Below, one piece after another: positions 55,745-64,000 of a stretch of DNA of 64,000 nucleotides. The notes under the pieces are model-generated. The model did not search any database. It had not been told where the DNA came from and was given only the letters and a program-made list of their open reading frames with translations. Location of the stretch: the NCBI GenBank assembly GCA_019752045.1, contig JAIEMP010000008.1, positions 72,676 through 136,675 on the forward strand. The letters are read 5' to 3'. The stretch comes from Chitinophagaceae bacterium (GTDB lineage: Bacteria > Bacteroidota > Bacteroidia > Chitinophagales > Chitinophagaceae). A program made the position numbers and the translations under genes. Each line of letters starts with the position of its first letter. Position 1 is the first letter of the stretch.

Positions 55745-56782
55745 ATGAAGAAAACGGCAATAGTAGTTATGATCATTGCAGTTGCAATACTTTCCTTTAA
55801 TCAAAAAAAACTTGATCCATCTTTTCAGTTTTATGAAGAGTTGTCGGAGTACAAATTCTTTACGGGAAGGATGGCGGATCTGCAACCTGCAGCCGGTATT
55901 GTTCCATACGATCTTAATTCAGCGTTGTTCAGCAATTATGCCGAAAAAGCAAGATTCATAAAGTTGCCTAAAGGCAAAAAGATCGTGTATAATGATTCAT
56001 CCACTTTTGATATGCCTCTTGGCACGGTGCTCATCAAAAACTTTTATTATTATAATGATTTCCGTGAGCCGGAACAGGGCAGACGCATTATTGAAACACG
56101 CTTGCTTGCACATATGCAGGATGGCTGGCATACTTATCAATACATTTGGAACAAAGAACAAACAGAAGCCATATTTGAACCAATAGGTGATGTAACAACG
56201 GTTGAATATATTGATGCAGCCGGAAGAAAAGTAAAAGCCAATTATGTAATTCCTAATCAACCGCAGTGCAAAGGCTGTCATAACAGGAACGATACTATCC
56301 TGCCAATCGGCATAGCAGCAAGGCATCTCAATGGCAATTATTCTTATGCAGGCGGAGCGCAAAATCAATTACAATACTGGCAACAACAAAAAATGATTGA
56401 TCTTCCTTCAAGCAACATCCCGGCAAATGCAATTTGGGATAATGAACAGAGCGGTACGGTTGATCAGCGTGCAAGAGCTTATCTCGATATCAACTGTGGT
56501 CATTGTCATAATAAATCAGGACCGGCCAATACATCTGGATTGTTTCTGGATATACATGAAACAAACAAAACTGCATTAGGGGTTTTAAAAACACCGGTAG
56601 CAGCAGGAAAAGGAAGTGGCGTATTGAAATATGATATTGTGCCGGGGGTGCCTAATAAATCAATCCTAATTTATCGCATGAATACAACTGACCCCGGATT
56701 TGCAATGCCCGAAATTGGCCGGGAGCAAATTCATAAAGAAGGAATTGGATTGATTAGTAAATGGATCAGAGAAATGAATTAA
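55745..56782 (+). CDS. SO2930/TIGR03806-like diheme c-type cytochrome
   Basis: Two CxxCH motifs (CKGCH, CGHCH); LFSNYAEKAR, GTVLIKNF, IETRLL, MPEIGR. Confidence 0.88.
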   Translation: MKKTAIVVMIIAVAILSFNQKKLDPSFQFYEELSEYKFFTGRMADLQPAAGIVPYDLNSALFSNYAEKARFIKLPKGKKIVYNDSSTFDMPLGTVLIKNFYYYNDFREPEQGRRIIETRLLAHMQDGWHTYQYIWNKEQTEAIFEPIGDVTTVEYIDAAGRKVKANYVIPNQPQCKGCHNRNDTILPIGIAARHLNGNYSYAGGAQNQLQYWQQQKMIDLPSSNIPANAIWDNEQSGTVDQRARAYLDINCGHCHNKSGPANTSGLFLDIHETNKTALGVLKTPVAAGKGSGVLKYDIVPGVPNKSILIYRMNTTDPGFAMPEIGREQIHKEGIGLISKWIREMN

Positions 56783-56825
56783 TGCAGCGATATTGGACAA
56801 CGGGGTGTCAATAAAATAAACGGTT

Positions 56826-57167
56826 ATGCATAAACTAATATACTTTATACTCCTGCTCAGCTTTACAGCATGTATAAAAAATGATTGCGTAAAAGATATA
56901 CCTGCTTGTATAGAAAATAAAATCAATCAACTGAAAGCAAAACCAAAAGGAACTGCTTCTTCTGAGGTAAATGAATACAACTATAAGGGCAAACGGGTTT
57001 TTCATTTTGCTGCATATTGTTGTGATGTTTACGGTGAACTGCTGGATGAAAACTGTAATTATATCTGCGCTCCTGACGGTGGAATAACAGGCGGCGGTAA
57101 TGGAGCCTGTACAGATTTTTTCTCCACAGCAACTAATAAACGGCTTGTTTGGAAAGATGAACGTTGA
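56826..57167 (+). CDS. Small Cys-containing lipoprotein (DUF6970-like)
   Basis: FTAC lipobox; CCDVYGELLDENCNYICAPDGGITG. Confidence 0.75.
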   Translation: MHKLIYFILLLSFTACIKNDCVKDIPACIENKINQLKAKPKGTASSEVNEYNYKGKRVFHFAAYCCDVYGELLDENCNYICAPDGGITGGGNGACTDFFSTATNKRLVWKDER

Positions 57168-57206
57168 TTTAATCCCGGATATAGTTCAATTTAAAACTTG
57201 TACTTC

Positions 57207-58247
57207 TTATACTTTGTGCATTTGCGACTCTTCGTCTCCGTGCATTGGCCCAAACTCATTGGTATATATTTTAAACAGCAGCATAAAGTAACTGATAAGC
57301 AATGGCCCGAAAATAAATCCCCAGAAACCGAATAAGCTCAATCCCACAATTACGCCCAGTACAGTTACCAGCGGATGCACATCACCCAGCCTTTTCATTA
57401 AAGTAATTCTTGCCAGGTAATCAACATTCCCTGTAACAAGCAAACTAAAAATCAACAGGCCGATACCTTGCCCCGTATTTCCCTGCGAAAAAAGAAAAAC
57501 AACCAACGGAGCCCAGATAAGTGTTGTACCCACAATAGGAAAGAATGCAAATACACCGGTTAAAAATCCCCACAATACAAAATCATTGATGCCAAATATC
57601 CAGTAGCCAATTAACGCACAAATGCCTTGAATCAATGAAATAAGCGGTATGCCAATAGCGTTGGCTCTTACAACACTGATGGTTTCTTTACCGAGGATGT
57701 CAATATTTTCTTCACGCAAAGGCAGGAAGGAATTAAAAGATTTTTCAAGCTGTCTGCCATTGGTAAGCATAAAGAAATAAACAAACAGCATCATAGCGAG
57801 GTTGGCAAGAATCATTGCTGTGCTGTTTAAAAAGGCAGGAAAAAAATTAGCAATCCGTTTTTGTACTTCACCAATATTTTCATCAGTTAACAACTCCTGA
57901 CCTGTCCATGATTTTATTTGAGTCGATACAGATTTTAAACCAAGCACCAGTTCATCAGAATGGCTAAACACCTGACTGATCTTTGGCGACAGCATACTTA
58001 CAATTGAATAAACAGGCAACCCGATGGTAACAATAAATCCCAGAATAAAAACAGTAGCAGTTAATCCGGTGTTCCATTTTTTATGGATTGTGAGGTAGCG
58101 GAACCATTTCTTACTTAAAATATATAAAGTAACAGCACCTAAAAAGCCCGGCAAAAAAACATAAAGTTCTTTTACCAGTAATAATCCGAGCGCAATTAAA
58201 ACAACTAATAAAATAATCTGCCGTAAGCGGTTGCTGAAAGAAGTCAT
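57207..58247 (-). CDS. AI-2E family transporter
   Basis: Multi-TM; FFPIVGT, VHPLVTVLGVIVG, GFIFGPLL; likely start ATG 58247. Confidence 0.9.
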   Translation of the reverse strand: MTSFSNRLRQIILLVVLIALGLLLVKELYVFLPGFLGAVTLYILSKKWFRYLTIHKKWNTGLTATVFILGFIVTIGLPVYSIVSMLSPKISQVFSHSDELVLGLKSVSTQIKSWTGQELLTDENIGEVQKRIANFFPAFLNSTAMILANLAMMLFVYFFMLTNGRQLEKSFNSFLPLREENIDILGKETISVVRANAIGIPLISLIQGICALIGYWIFGINDFVLWGFLTGVFAFFPIVGTTLIWAPLVVFLFSQGNTGQGIGLLIFSLLVTGNVDYLARITLMKRLGDVHPLVTVLGVIVGLSLFGFWGFIFGPLLISYFMLLFKIYTNEFGPMHGDEESQMHKV

Positions 58248-58300
58248 GGTATGAAAATACAAAGAAAAACACTTGAAGCAAGATGGGTCTGGCTGGTCAC

Positions 58301-58332
58301 AAAAAAAGGTGCCGGACATTTGCCCGGCACCT
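58301..58332 (-). terminator. Terminator of the CHRD gene
   Basis: aaaaaa-aggtgccgg...ccggcacct. Confidence 0.75.
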
Positions 58333-58352
58333 CAAGTATTAAAAAGGTTAGC

Positions 58353-59174
58353 TTATCTGATCTGACCTCTTACTACACCACTTGCATAAAGTGTAGAATG
58401 GGCGTTTACATAGAGTGCTTCATTTTTAAGTGCGGTATACACTGCATCATCCAGTGTAAATACTTTATTGATTGCAAAGTCGCCGGCAACTCCTGCAATA
58501 GATAATAATACAGCACCGTTAACTCCAGCAGCACCTCTGTGAATATGTGCAAACTGTAATGCATCACCTGCTTCAAGAGAACTTACAGTAATAACAGAAT
58601 ACAATTTCTTATCGGCTGTTAAACGAATACGGGCAACACCGGTTGCTGTAGTTGTAATAGCCGGTACTTCATTTGCACCGCTTAAAGCAATATCCATTGC
58701 TAATTCAACTTTGGTATTGATCTGGGTGCGTACAATACCGGAAGGAACCTGTGTAGAGTGAATGTTTAAATAAATTTCATTCGCATCGCTTTTTAAACTG
58801 TCAACCAATGATTGACGCAGATTTACAACTGTACCTGTTGCTGCAGAACCACTGAAGGTAGGGGCAAAATTGAGGATGACAGCACCATTACTTCCTGCAT
58901 TACCTGCATGGAAATGGGCTGCATTCAGAGCATCGCCCGATGCAAGACCGGTTACAGAAAAGTTATACATCAGCGAGTTGTTACTCATTAACTTAAATGT
59001 GGCAGTACCAGCTTCATTACGACCCGCAGGTGCAGGAATTTCATTTTTTGCACTGAGTGTTATACTCCACTCTTTTACTACAGTTACCTGTGGCATGTCG
59101 TCTTTTTTCTTGCAGGAGTTCATGATTAGCGGTAAAGCAAGAAGTAAAGCACCTTTCAGAAATAAATTTTTCAT
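58353..59174 (-). CDS. Tandem CHRD-domain lipoprotein
   Basis: MNSC lipobox; two LSxxNExPA...AHxHxG...YxNxHS...GxVRxQI repeats. Confidence 0.9.
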   Translation of the reverse strand: MKNLFLKGALLLALPLIMNSCKKKDDMPQVTVVKEWSITLSAKNEIPAPAGRNEAGTATFKLMSNNSLMYNFSVTGLASGDALNAAHFHAGNAGSNGAVILNFAPTFSGSAATGTVVNLRQSLVDSLKSDANEIYLNIHSTQVPSGIVRTQINTKVELAMDIALSGANEVPAITTTATGVARIRLTADKKLYSVITVSSLEAGDALQFAHIHRGAAGVNGAVLLSIAGVAGDFAINKVFTLDDAVYTALKNEALYVNAHSTLYASGVVRGQIR

Positions 59175-59315
59175 AAAACTGATTTTGTTGTTTTTAATGA
59201 TTTGATGAAGACATATACGGAATCAGCCAAAAGATGGATGTAAGAAATCCGTATTCTTTTCAATACCGTTGAAAATCATGCCAGAAGAAGATAATGTGCG
59301 AAAAAGGAAAAAATT

Positions 59316-60347
59316 TTACTTTTCCCATACCTTAAGGCCTTCGCTGCAATTAGCACAGATGTCAATATTTTTCCGGCTGGTCATAAGTTCCTTACGAAAC
59401 TGTCTGTAGTTGTCGTTCTTCCAAATCTGTTTAAACGATTGCATTTTTAAATTCCCCAGCTGATGCATGGCATCTTTATCAAAACAACAGGGAACAACAA
59501 GGCCATCCCAGGTAATTACATTTGCATGCCACAATTTCCAGCAGTGATTTTGCAACTTATTCTTGGGTGAATGAGAACCATCTGTATTTTTTGTATAACG
59601 ACTGTATTTATCTAAAGTAGGAATGAGTTGATTGGGATCTTTTTCATAATCATAGATCTGTGCAGTTTTAAACCACACATCATCTGCACCAATTTCTTTG
59701 GCCAGTTTTTTTACATCTTCCATTTGATGTTCATTGGGCTTTACCACTAAAAACTGAAACACAACCAATGGTGTTTTGCTCTTTAGTTCATTTTTCCACT
59801 TCACAATATTCTTTGCACCTTCCATTACTTTGTTTAATGTGCCGCCTACACGGTATTGCTGATAAACATCCTGTGTGGTGCCATCAATGGAAATGATCAA
59901 ACGGTCTAACCCGCTTTCTACTGTTTGTTTTGCTTTTTCTTCTGTGAGATAATGTGCGTTGGTAGAAGTGGCTGTGTAAATTTTTTTCTGCGACGCATAG
60001 TTTACCATTGGCAAAAACTCCGGATTGAGATAGGGCTCTCCCTGGAAATAAAAAATGAGGTACAGCAAGTCTTTATGAATATCATCAATGGTTTGTTCGA
60101 AAAAACTTTTCTGCAACATTCCTGTTGGCCGGGTAAACTCTCTTAACCCGCTGGGGCATTCAGGGCAACGGAGGTTACAACTGGTTGTTGGTTCAAAAGA
60201 AATAGAAATAGGGTAACCCCATTGAATAGGTTTGTTGAGTAAACGGCTCAACTGATAGCTGCTCCACACCTTTGCTGCATTCACTGCACGGCGAACAGTA
60301 AGCTTGGAAAACAGATTCAGCAGATCATTGCGGTGTAATTGAGCCAT
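59316..60347 (-). CDS. Radical SAM/SPASM domain protein
   Basis: CNLRCPEC; YFQGEP; C-terminal CWKLW...CCFD...CANC. Confidence 0.9.
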   Translation of the reverse strand: MAQLHRNDLLNLFSKLTVRRAVNAAKVWSSYQLSRLLNKPIQWGYPISISFEPTTSCNLRCPECPSGLREFTRPTGMLQKSFFEQTIDDIHKDLLYLIFYFQGEPYLNPEFLPMVNYASQKKIYTATSTNAHYLTEEKAKQTVESGLDRLIISIDGTTQDVYQQYRVGGTLNKVMEGAKNIVKWKNELKSKTPLVVFQFLVVKPNEHQMEDVKKLAKEIGADDVWFKTAQIYDYEKDPNQLIPTLDKYSRYTKNTDGSHSPKNKLQNHCWKLWHANVITWDGLVVPCCFDKDAMHQLGNLKMQSFKQIWKNDNYRQFRKELMTSRKNIDICANCSEGLKVWEK

Positions 60348-60460
60348 GGCGTACAAAGATAAACTGCAATACCCATGCATCATCACACAAGATTTGACGC
60401 ATTTCACAAAATATTTTTTTGCTGAAGAAAGATTATTTAAAAAAAAGACTTATTTTCGAG

Positions 60461-60478
60461 TAGTTGCATAAACAACTA
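60461..60478. promoter_or_regulatory. Putative MarR autoregulatory operator
   Basis: TAGTTG-cataaa-CAACTA, ending 1 nt before the MarR ATG. Confidence 0.6.
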
Positions 60479-60479
60479 T

Positions 60480-60920
60480 ATGCCAAACAACCAATTTAAA
60501 AAGGGTGAGCTGTACAGCTTCATGACGGGTAAAGCCAGCACGGCTATTGCAAGGCGTTTGCAAAAAAATTTAAAACAGGGCGGTGCTGAAATTACCGTTG
60601 AGCAATGGAGTGTATTGTATCATTTGTGGAAGAACGATGGGTTGAGTCAACAGGATTTATGCAATGCAACTTTCAGAGACAAACCGAGTATTACAAGGTT
60701 GGTTGATAATCTGGAAAAATTAAAACTGGTAAAACGTGTGGCCAGTAAAAACGACCGCCGCATTAACCAGGTTTTTTTAACGGAGCAGGGAAAAAAGCTG
60801 GAAGAAGAAACCATGTTGCTCGCCAACACTACTTTGAACGAAGCATTGATTGGAGTGCCGGCCGATAAAATTGATATCTGTAAAGAAGTGTTGCAGATAG
60901 TGTATGATAATTTGAAATAA
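60480..60920 (+). CDS. MarR family regulator
   Basis: ITVEQWSVL, SITRLVDNLE, DRR...LTEQG. Confidence 0.92.
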   Translation: MPNNQFKKGELYSFMTGKASTAIARRLQKNLKQGGAEITVEQWSVLYHLWKNDGLSQQDLCNATFRDKPSITRLVDNLEKLKLVKRVASKNDRRINQVFLTEQGKKLEEETMLLANTTLNEALIGVPADKIDICKEVLQIVYDNLK

Positions 60921-60924
60921 AGCG

Positions 60925-60952
60925 GCCCCCTCTGGCTCCCCCGAGGGGGAGA
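60925..60952. repeat. GC-rich hairpin repeat
   Basis: ccccctctggctccccc-ga-gggggaga. Confidence 0.55.
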
Positions 60953-61073
60953 AACCAAAGCACAGCCCAAGCTCGATTAAAATGTTGATTTTATTTAGAG
61001 ATATTGAAATGTGATGATAAGAATATAAAAGATGATGTGGTAGAACGATTGATAGGATAAATGATGAAGCACC

Positions 61074-61110
61074 GCTCCTTCTCTACGGGAGAAGGAGAAG
61101 GAGGAAGAGG
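61074..61110. repeat. Hairpin repeat related to the insert at 4137-4170
   Basis: gctccttctc-tacgg-gagaaggag followed by a purine tail ending gagg. Confidence 0.65.
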
Positions 61111-61137
61111 CCGATTAAACTTTTAAAACATAAATAT

Positions 61138-62928
61138 ATGAGCACCGTAACGATTGCAGCAACACGTAAAGGCGGCGAGTGGCTGGTAAAAACAAGTACG
61201 CCGCAGGATACCTTTATTCCTGAAAATTTCAATGAAGAGCAACTGATGGTAAAAGAAATGTGTTCCACATTTATTGAAACCGAAGTATTGCCCATTGTTG
61301 CCAGTTTAGATAAAATGGAAGAAGGCCTCATGCCGGGTTTAATGACCAAGGCAGGCGAGCTTGGATTGTTAGGCAGTTCAACACCGGAAGATCTCGGCGG
61401 ATTGGGAAAAGATTTTGTTACCTCCACACTCATCAGCGAAGGATTGGGCGGCGGTTATTCTTTTTCTGTAGCAGCAGCTGCACACTCGGGTATTGGGTTA
61501 TTACCCATTTTATATTTTGGTACACCCGAACAAAAAGCAAAATATATTCCCAAGCTTTCAACTGGTGAATGGAAAGGAGCATACGGACTAACGGAGCCCA
61601 ACAGTGGCAGCGATGCACTGGGTGCAAAAACAACAGCCGTATTAAGTGAAGATGGAAAGCATTATATATTGAACGGACAAAAATGCTGGATCACCAATGG
61701 TGGATTTGCAGACATCTATACGGTGTTTGCAAAAATTGATGGTAAAGAATTTACCGGCTTTATTGTTGAACGTGGTATGGAAGGATTTACACAAGGCCCC
61801 GAAGAACATAAGATGGGTATTAAAGGATCATCTACTGTTCAGTTGTATTTCCAGGATTGTAAAGTACCTGTTGAAAATTTACTGGGCGAAAAAGGAAAAG
61901 GACATGTCATTGCTTTCAACATTTTAAACATCGGTCGTTTAAAATTAGCTGCTGCAGCAATTGGCGGATCAAAACGCACATTGAATCTTGCACTGCAATA
62001 TGCTATCACAAGAGAGCAGTTTAAAACGCCCATCATCAACTTCGGTGCTATTCAGTTTAAACTTGCAGAAATTGTAACACGCATCTGGGTAAGCGAAAGT
62101 GCATTATACCGCACCAGTAAATGGATTGATGAAAAAGAACACGAATTAATGGCAGCAGGAAAACCCTTTTATGAAGCATTACTCGGCGCAGCAGAAGAAT
62201 ATGCTATTGAATGTGCCATGTTAAAAGTAGATGGCAGTGAGGTGCTGGATTATACAGTAGATGAAGGTGTGCAGATACATGGTGGTAACGGGTTTAGTGA
62301 TGAGTATGATATTTCAAGAGCTTATCGTGACAGCCGCATCAACCGTATTTATGAGGGTACCAATGAGATCAATCGTTTATTAACAGTTGATATGGTATTG
62401 AAACGTGCCATGAAAGGTCGTTTGGATATTATGGGTCCGGCTATGGCAGTTCAGAAAGAACTGATGAGTATTCCTGATTTTGGAAGCGATGATGAAACTC
62501 CATTTGCAAAAGAGATGAAAGCCATTGCTAATTTCAAAAAAGCAATTATGATGACGGCCGGTGCTGCAGTTCAAAAATTGATGATGAAGATTGAACAGGA
62601 GCAGGAAGTGTTGATGAATATTGCAGATATGGCCATTCAAACATTTAATGCAGAAAGTGCGTTACTTCGTGCGGCAAAACTGGTGGAGCAAAAAGGTGAA
62701 GCAGCTTGTCAGTTTGAACTGGATATTATGCGTACTTATATCTATGATGCTGCCGACCGCATCAATAAATTTGGTAAAGATGCCATCAATGCGTTTGCAG
62801 ATGGAGATGAACAACGCATGATGTTGCTGGGCTTAAAACGCTTTACAAAAGTTGATCCGTTTAACAGTAAAGAAGCAAGAAGAAGAATTGTTGCCAAGCT
62901 GCGCAACGACGGAAAATATCCGCTTTAA
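61138..62928 (+). CDS. Acyl-CoA dehydrogenase
   Basis: YGLTEPNSGSDA, LNGQKCWITNG, KMGIKGS, QIHGGNG, RIYEGTNEI. Confidence 0.95.
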   Translation: MSTVTIAATRKGGEWLVKTSTPQDTFIPENFNEEQLMVKEMCSTFIETEVLPIVASLDKMEEGLMPGLMTKAGELGLLGSSTPEDLGGLGKDFVTSTLISEGLGGGYSFSVAAAAHSGIGLLPILYFGTPEQKAKYIPKLSTGEWKGAYGLTEPNSGSDALGAKTTAVLSEDGKHYILNGQKCWITNGGFADIYTVFAKIDGKEFTGFIVERGMEGFTQGPEEHKMGIKGSSTVQLYFQDCKVPVENLLGEKGKGHVIAFNILNIGRLKLAAAAIGGSKRTLNLALQYAITREQFKTPIINFGAIQFKLAEIVTRIWVSESALYRTSKWIDEKEHELMAAGKPFYEALLGAAEEYAIECAMLKVDGSEVLDYTVDEGVQIHGGNGFSDEYDISRAYRDSRINRIYEGTNEINRLLTVDMVLKRAMKGRLDIMGPAMAVQKELMSIPDFGSDDETPFAKEMKAIANFKKAIMMTAGAAVQKLMMKIEQEQEVLMNIADMAIQTFNAESALLRAAKLVEQKGEAACQFELDIMRTYIYDAADRINKFGKDAINAFADGDEQRMMLLGLKRFTKVDPFNSKEARRRIVAKLRNDGKYPL

Positions 62929-62950
62929 AAGAATATCCGGAATAGGTTCT

Positions 62951-62983
62951 AAAATCCTTTGCCTAATTTGCAAAGGATTTTTT
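62951..62983 (+). terminator. Rho-independent terminator
   Basis: aaaatcctttgc-ctaattt-gcaaaggatttttt. Confidence 0.8.
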
Positions 62984-62999
62984 ATTTAAATACAGCATC

Positions 63000-64000
63000 A
63001 TGATTCGTCTGTTTATATTTTTTTTCTGTTTACTGATTCTTTTCAACACAGGAGCACAAACTGTTACGCTCAAGTTTGTAAACCCTTCAAAACTGCAAAA
63101 CAGTGTAACAACTCCACGGCAGTTTATTACAGGAACAACCTGTAAAGAATGCACGCTTACTATTAATGGAGCAGAAGTAAAAGTATGGCCCACAGGTGCA
63201 TTTGCTGCAGAAGTAAATCTGAAAACGGGAGATACAAGCTTTGCATTTGTTGCCACAGATAAAAGAGGATATGTAGTAACTCAAAAAGTTTCTTACAACT
63301 ATCAACTGCCTGCAAAAGAAAAAGAAGTAAACAGTTATACGGTAGAATATCTGCGTATTGAACCGCAGGGCGATCTGTTGCTGAAGCCCGGCGATCATAT
63401 AAAATTCAGCATTAAAACATTTCCCGGCTCCGCTGTTAAACTGGAAAATGGTTTTGAGTTATTGGAAGTACCGGTAAAAGATTCAAACGGAATAAAAGGA
63501 ATTTACAAAGGCGAGTATATTGTAAAAGAAAAAGAGGATCTGTTAACATCAACTAAAACAAAACTGAAAATCATCATTCGTACAAAAGATGATCAGCAAA
63601 TAGAAGCTGTTACTAAAAGCACATTTGCATTAATGCCCGAAAGGCCCATGGTTTTGCAAACAAAAGGGAAGCTGCCGTATGTATTACTTGGTTTGGGTGA
63701 AGACAGATTAGGTGGAACTAAGATGGGTTATCTCGATTCGTTGGTAAAATTGTATGCGGTTGGTAAAGTAGGCGAGAAGTATTGTGTGCAATTAAGTAAA
63801 AACAGACAGGCCTATATTGAAGAGCAACACGTGGATGTGTTGGCCAATGGAAGTTTCAGCCCTTCATCAATAACCGGCAGCATGCGTGTGTGGGGCGATA
63901 CTGCTTTTGATTATGTATCACTCATCTTAACCAATAGACTGCCCTATCAATCTTTTCAGGAAATCAATCCATCAAAAATTACGGTAGATGTGTTCGGTGC
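63000..64000 (+). CDS. Secreted protein, probably the N-terminal part of an N-acetylmuramoyl-L-alanine amidase (3' end outside window)
   Basis: Manual translation MIRLFIFFFCLL...GAQ...INGAEVKVWPTGAFA...GEDRLGGTKMGYLD...LPYQ, open to the window end; the catalytic domain is not visible. Confidence 0.6.
   Translation, partial: MIRLFIFFFCLLILFNTGAQTVTLKFVNPSKLQNSVTTPRQFITGTTCKECTLTINGAEVKVWPTGAFAAEVNLKTGDTSFAFVATDKRGYVVTQKVSYNYQLPAKEKEVNSYTVEYLRIEPQGDLLLKPGDHIKFSIKTFPGSAVKLENGFELLEVPVKDSNGIKGIYKGEYIVKEKEDLLTSTKTKLKIIIRTKDDQQIEAVTKSTFALMPERPMVLQTKGKLPYVLLGLGEDRLGGTKMGYLDSLVKLYAVGKVGEKYCVQLSKNRQAYIEEQHVDVLANGSFSPSSITGSMRVWGDTAFDYVSLILTNRLPYQSFQEINPSKITVDVFG

Noticed and set aside
59316-60347. RiPP cluster around the radical SAM/SPASM gene
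   Set aside because: No precursor peptide, RRE domain, peptidase or exporter nearby; neighbours are a CHRD lipoprotein and MarR
3562-60407. Upstream-extended ORF-track starts (for example 4497, 6012, 24922, 27856, 47615, 54493, 58319, 60407)
   Set aside because: The extensions overlap promoters or neighbouring genes and precede clear signal peptides or family N-termini; downstream ATGs were used
682-62821. Numerous 60-170-aa antisense or alternate-frame ORFs in the track
   Set aside because: They lie fully within well-supported genes and have no motifs; treated as shadow ORFs
63087-63398. 103-aa minus-strand ORF from the track
   Set aside because: Antisense to the long open plus-strand frame starting at 63000, which the track omitted because it has no stop in the window
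1-64000. CRISPR array, rRNA, tRNA, transposase or integrase
   Set aside because: No regularly spaced repeat-spacer array, cloverleaf or DDE/tyrosine-recombinase motif seen; the repeats are isolated pairs or short heptamer runs

Overview
Bacteroidota chromosomal window, probably Chitinophagaceae (inferred from gene content, TAnnTTTG -7 promoters and Gln at +1 after signal peptides). Most of it is housekeeping or metabolic: nagA, recX, recA, typA, a murC-like ligase, lysS, peptidases, GH31 and acyl-CoA dehydrogenase. The best candidate for an undescribed system is a tightly packed four-gene operon at 6761-16595 (minus strand) inside a toxin-antitoxin-bracketed accessory region. It encodes a 527-aa protein A, an 1864-aa PKD/Cys-rich protein B, a 581-aa predicted outer-membrane beta-barrel C and a 294-aa protein D. 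A shares its N-terminal ~250 aa with D, and shares a C-terminal Cys-rich domain with B (exact spacing CC-x6-C-x8-DC-x2-C-x4-C-[FY]E). I see no T9SS sorting signal in any of them, so this may be a dedicated surface-fibre or adhesin export and assembly module. The window also has several integrase-free micro-insertions: a GxxExxY nuclease gene bounded by perfect 20-bp inverted repeats that fill the whole gap between a stop and a start codon; a Fic gene between two copies of one palindrome; an AAA/DUF4143 gene followed by a decayed copy of the lysS 3' end; and a membrane-protein gene next to an attC-like hairpin. Palindromic and heptameric repeats are inserted in frame inside two housekeeping enzymes. 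I found no rRNA, tRNA, CRISPR array, transposase or integrase. All family assignments are from motif recognition by eye, without database searches.
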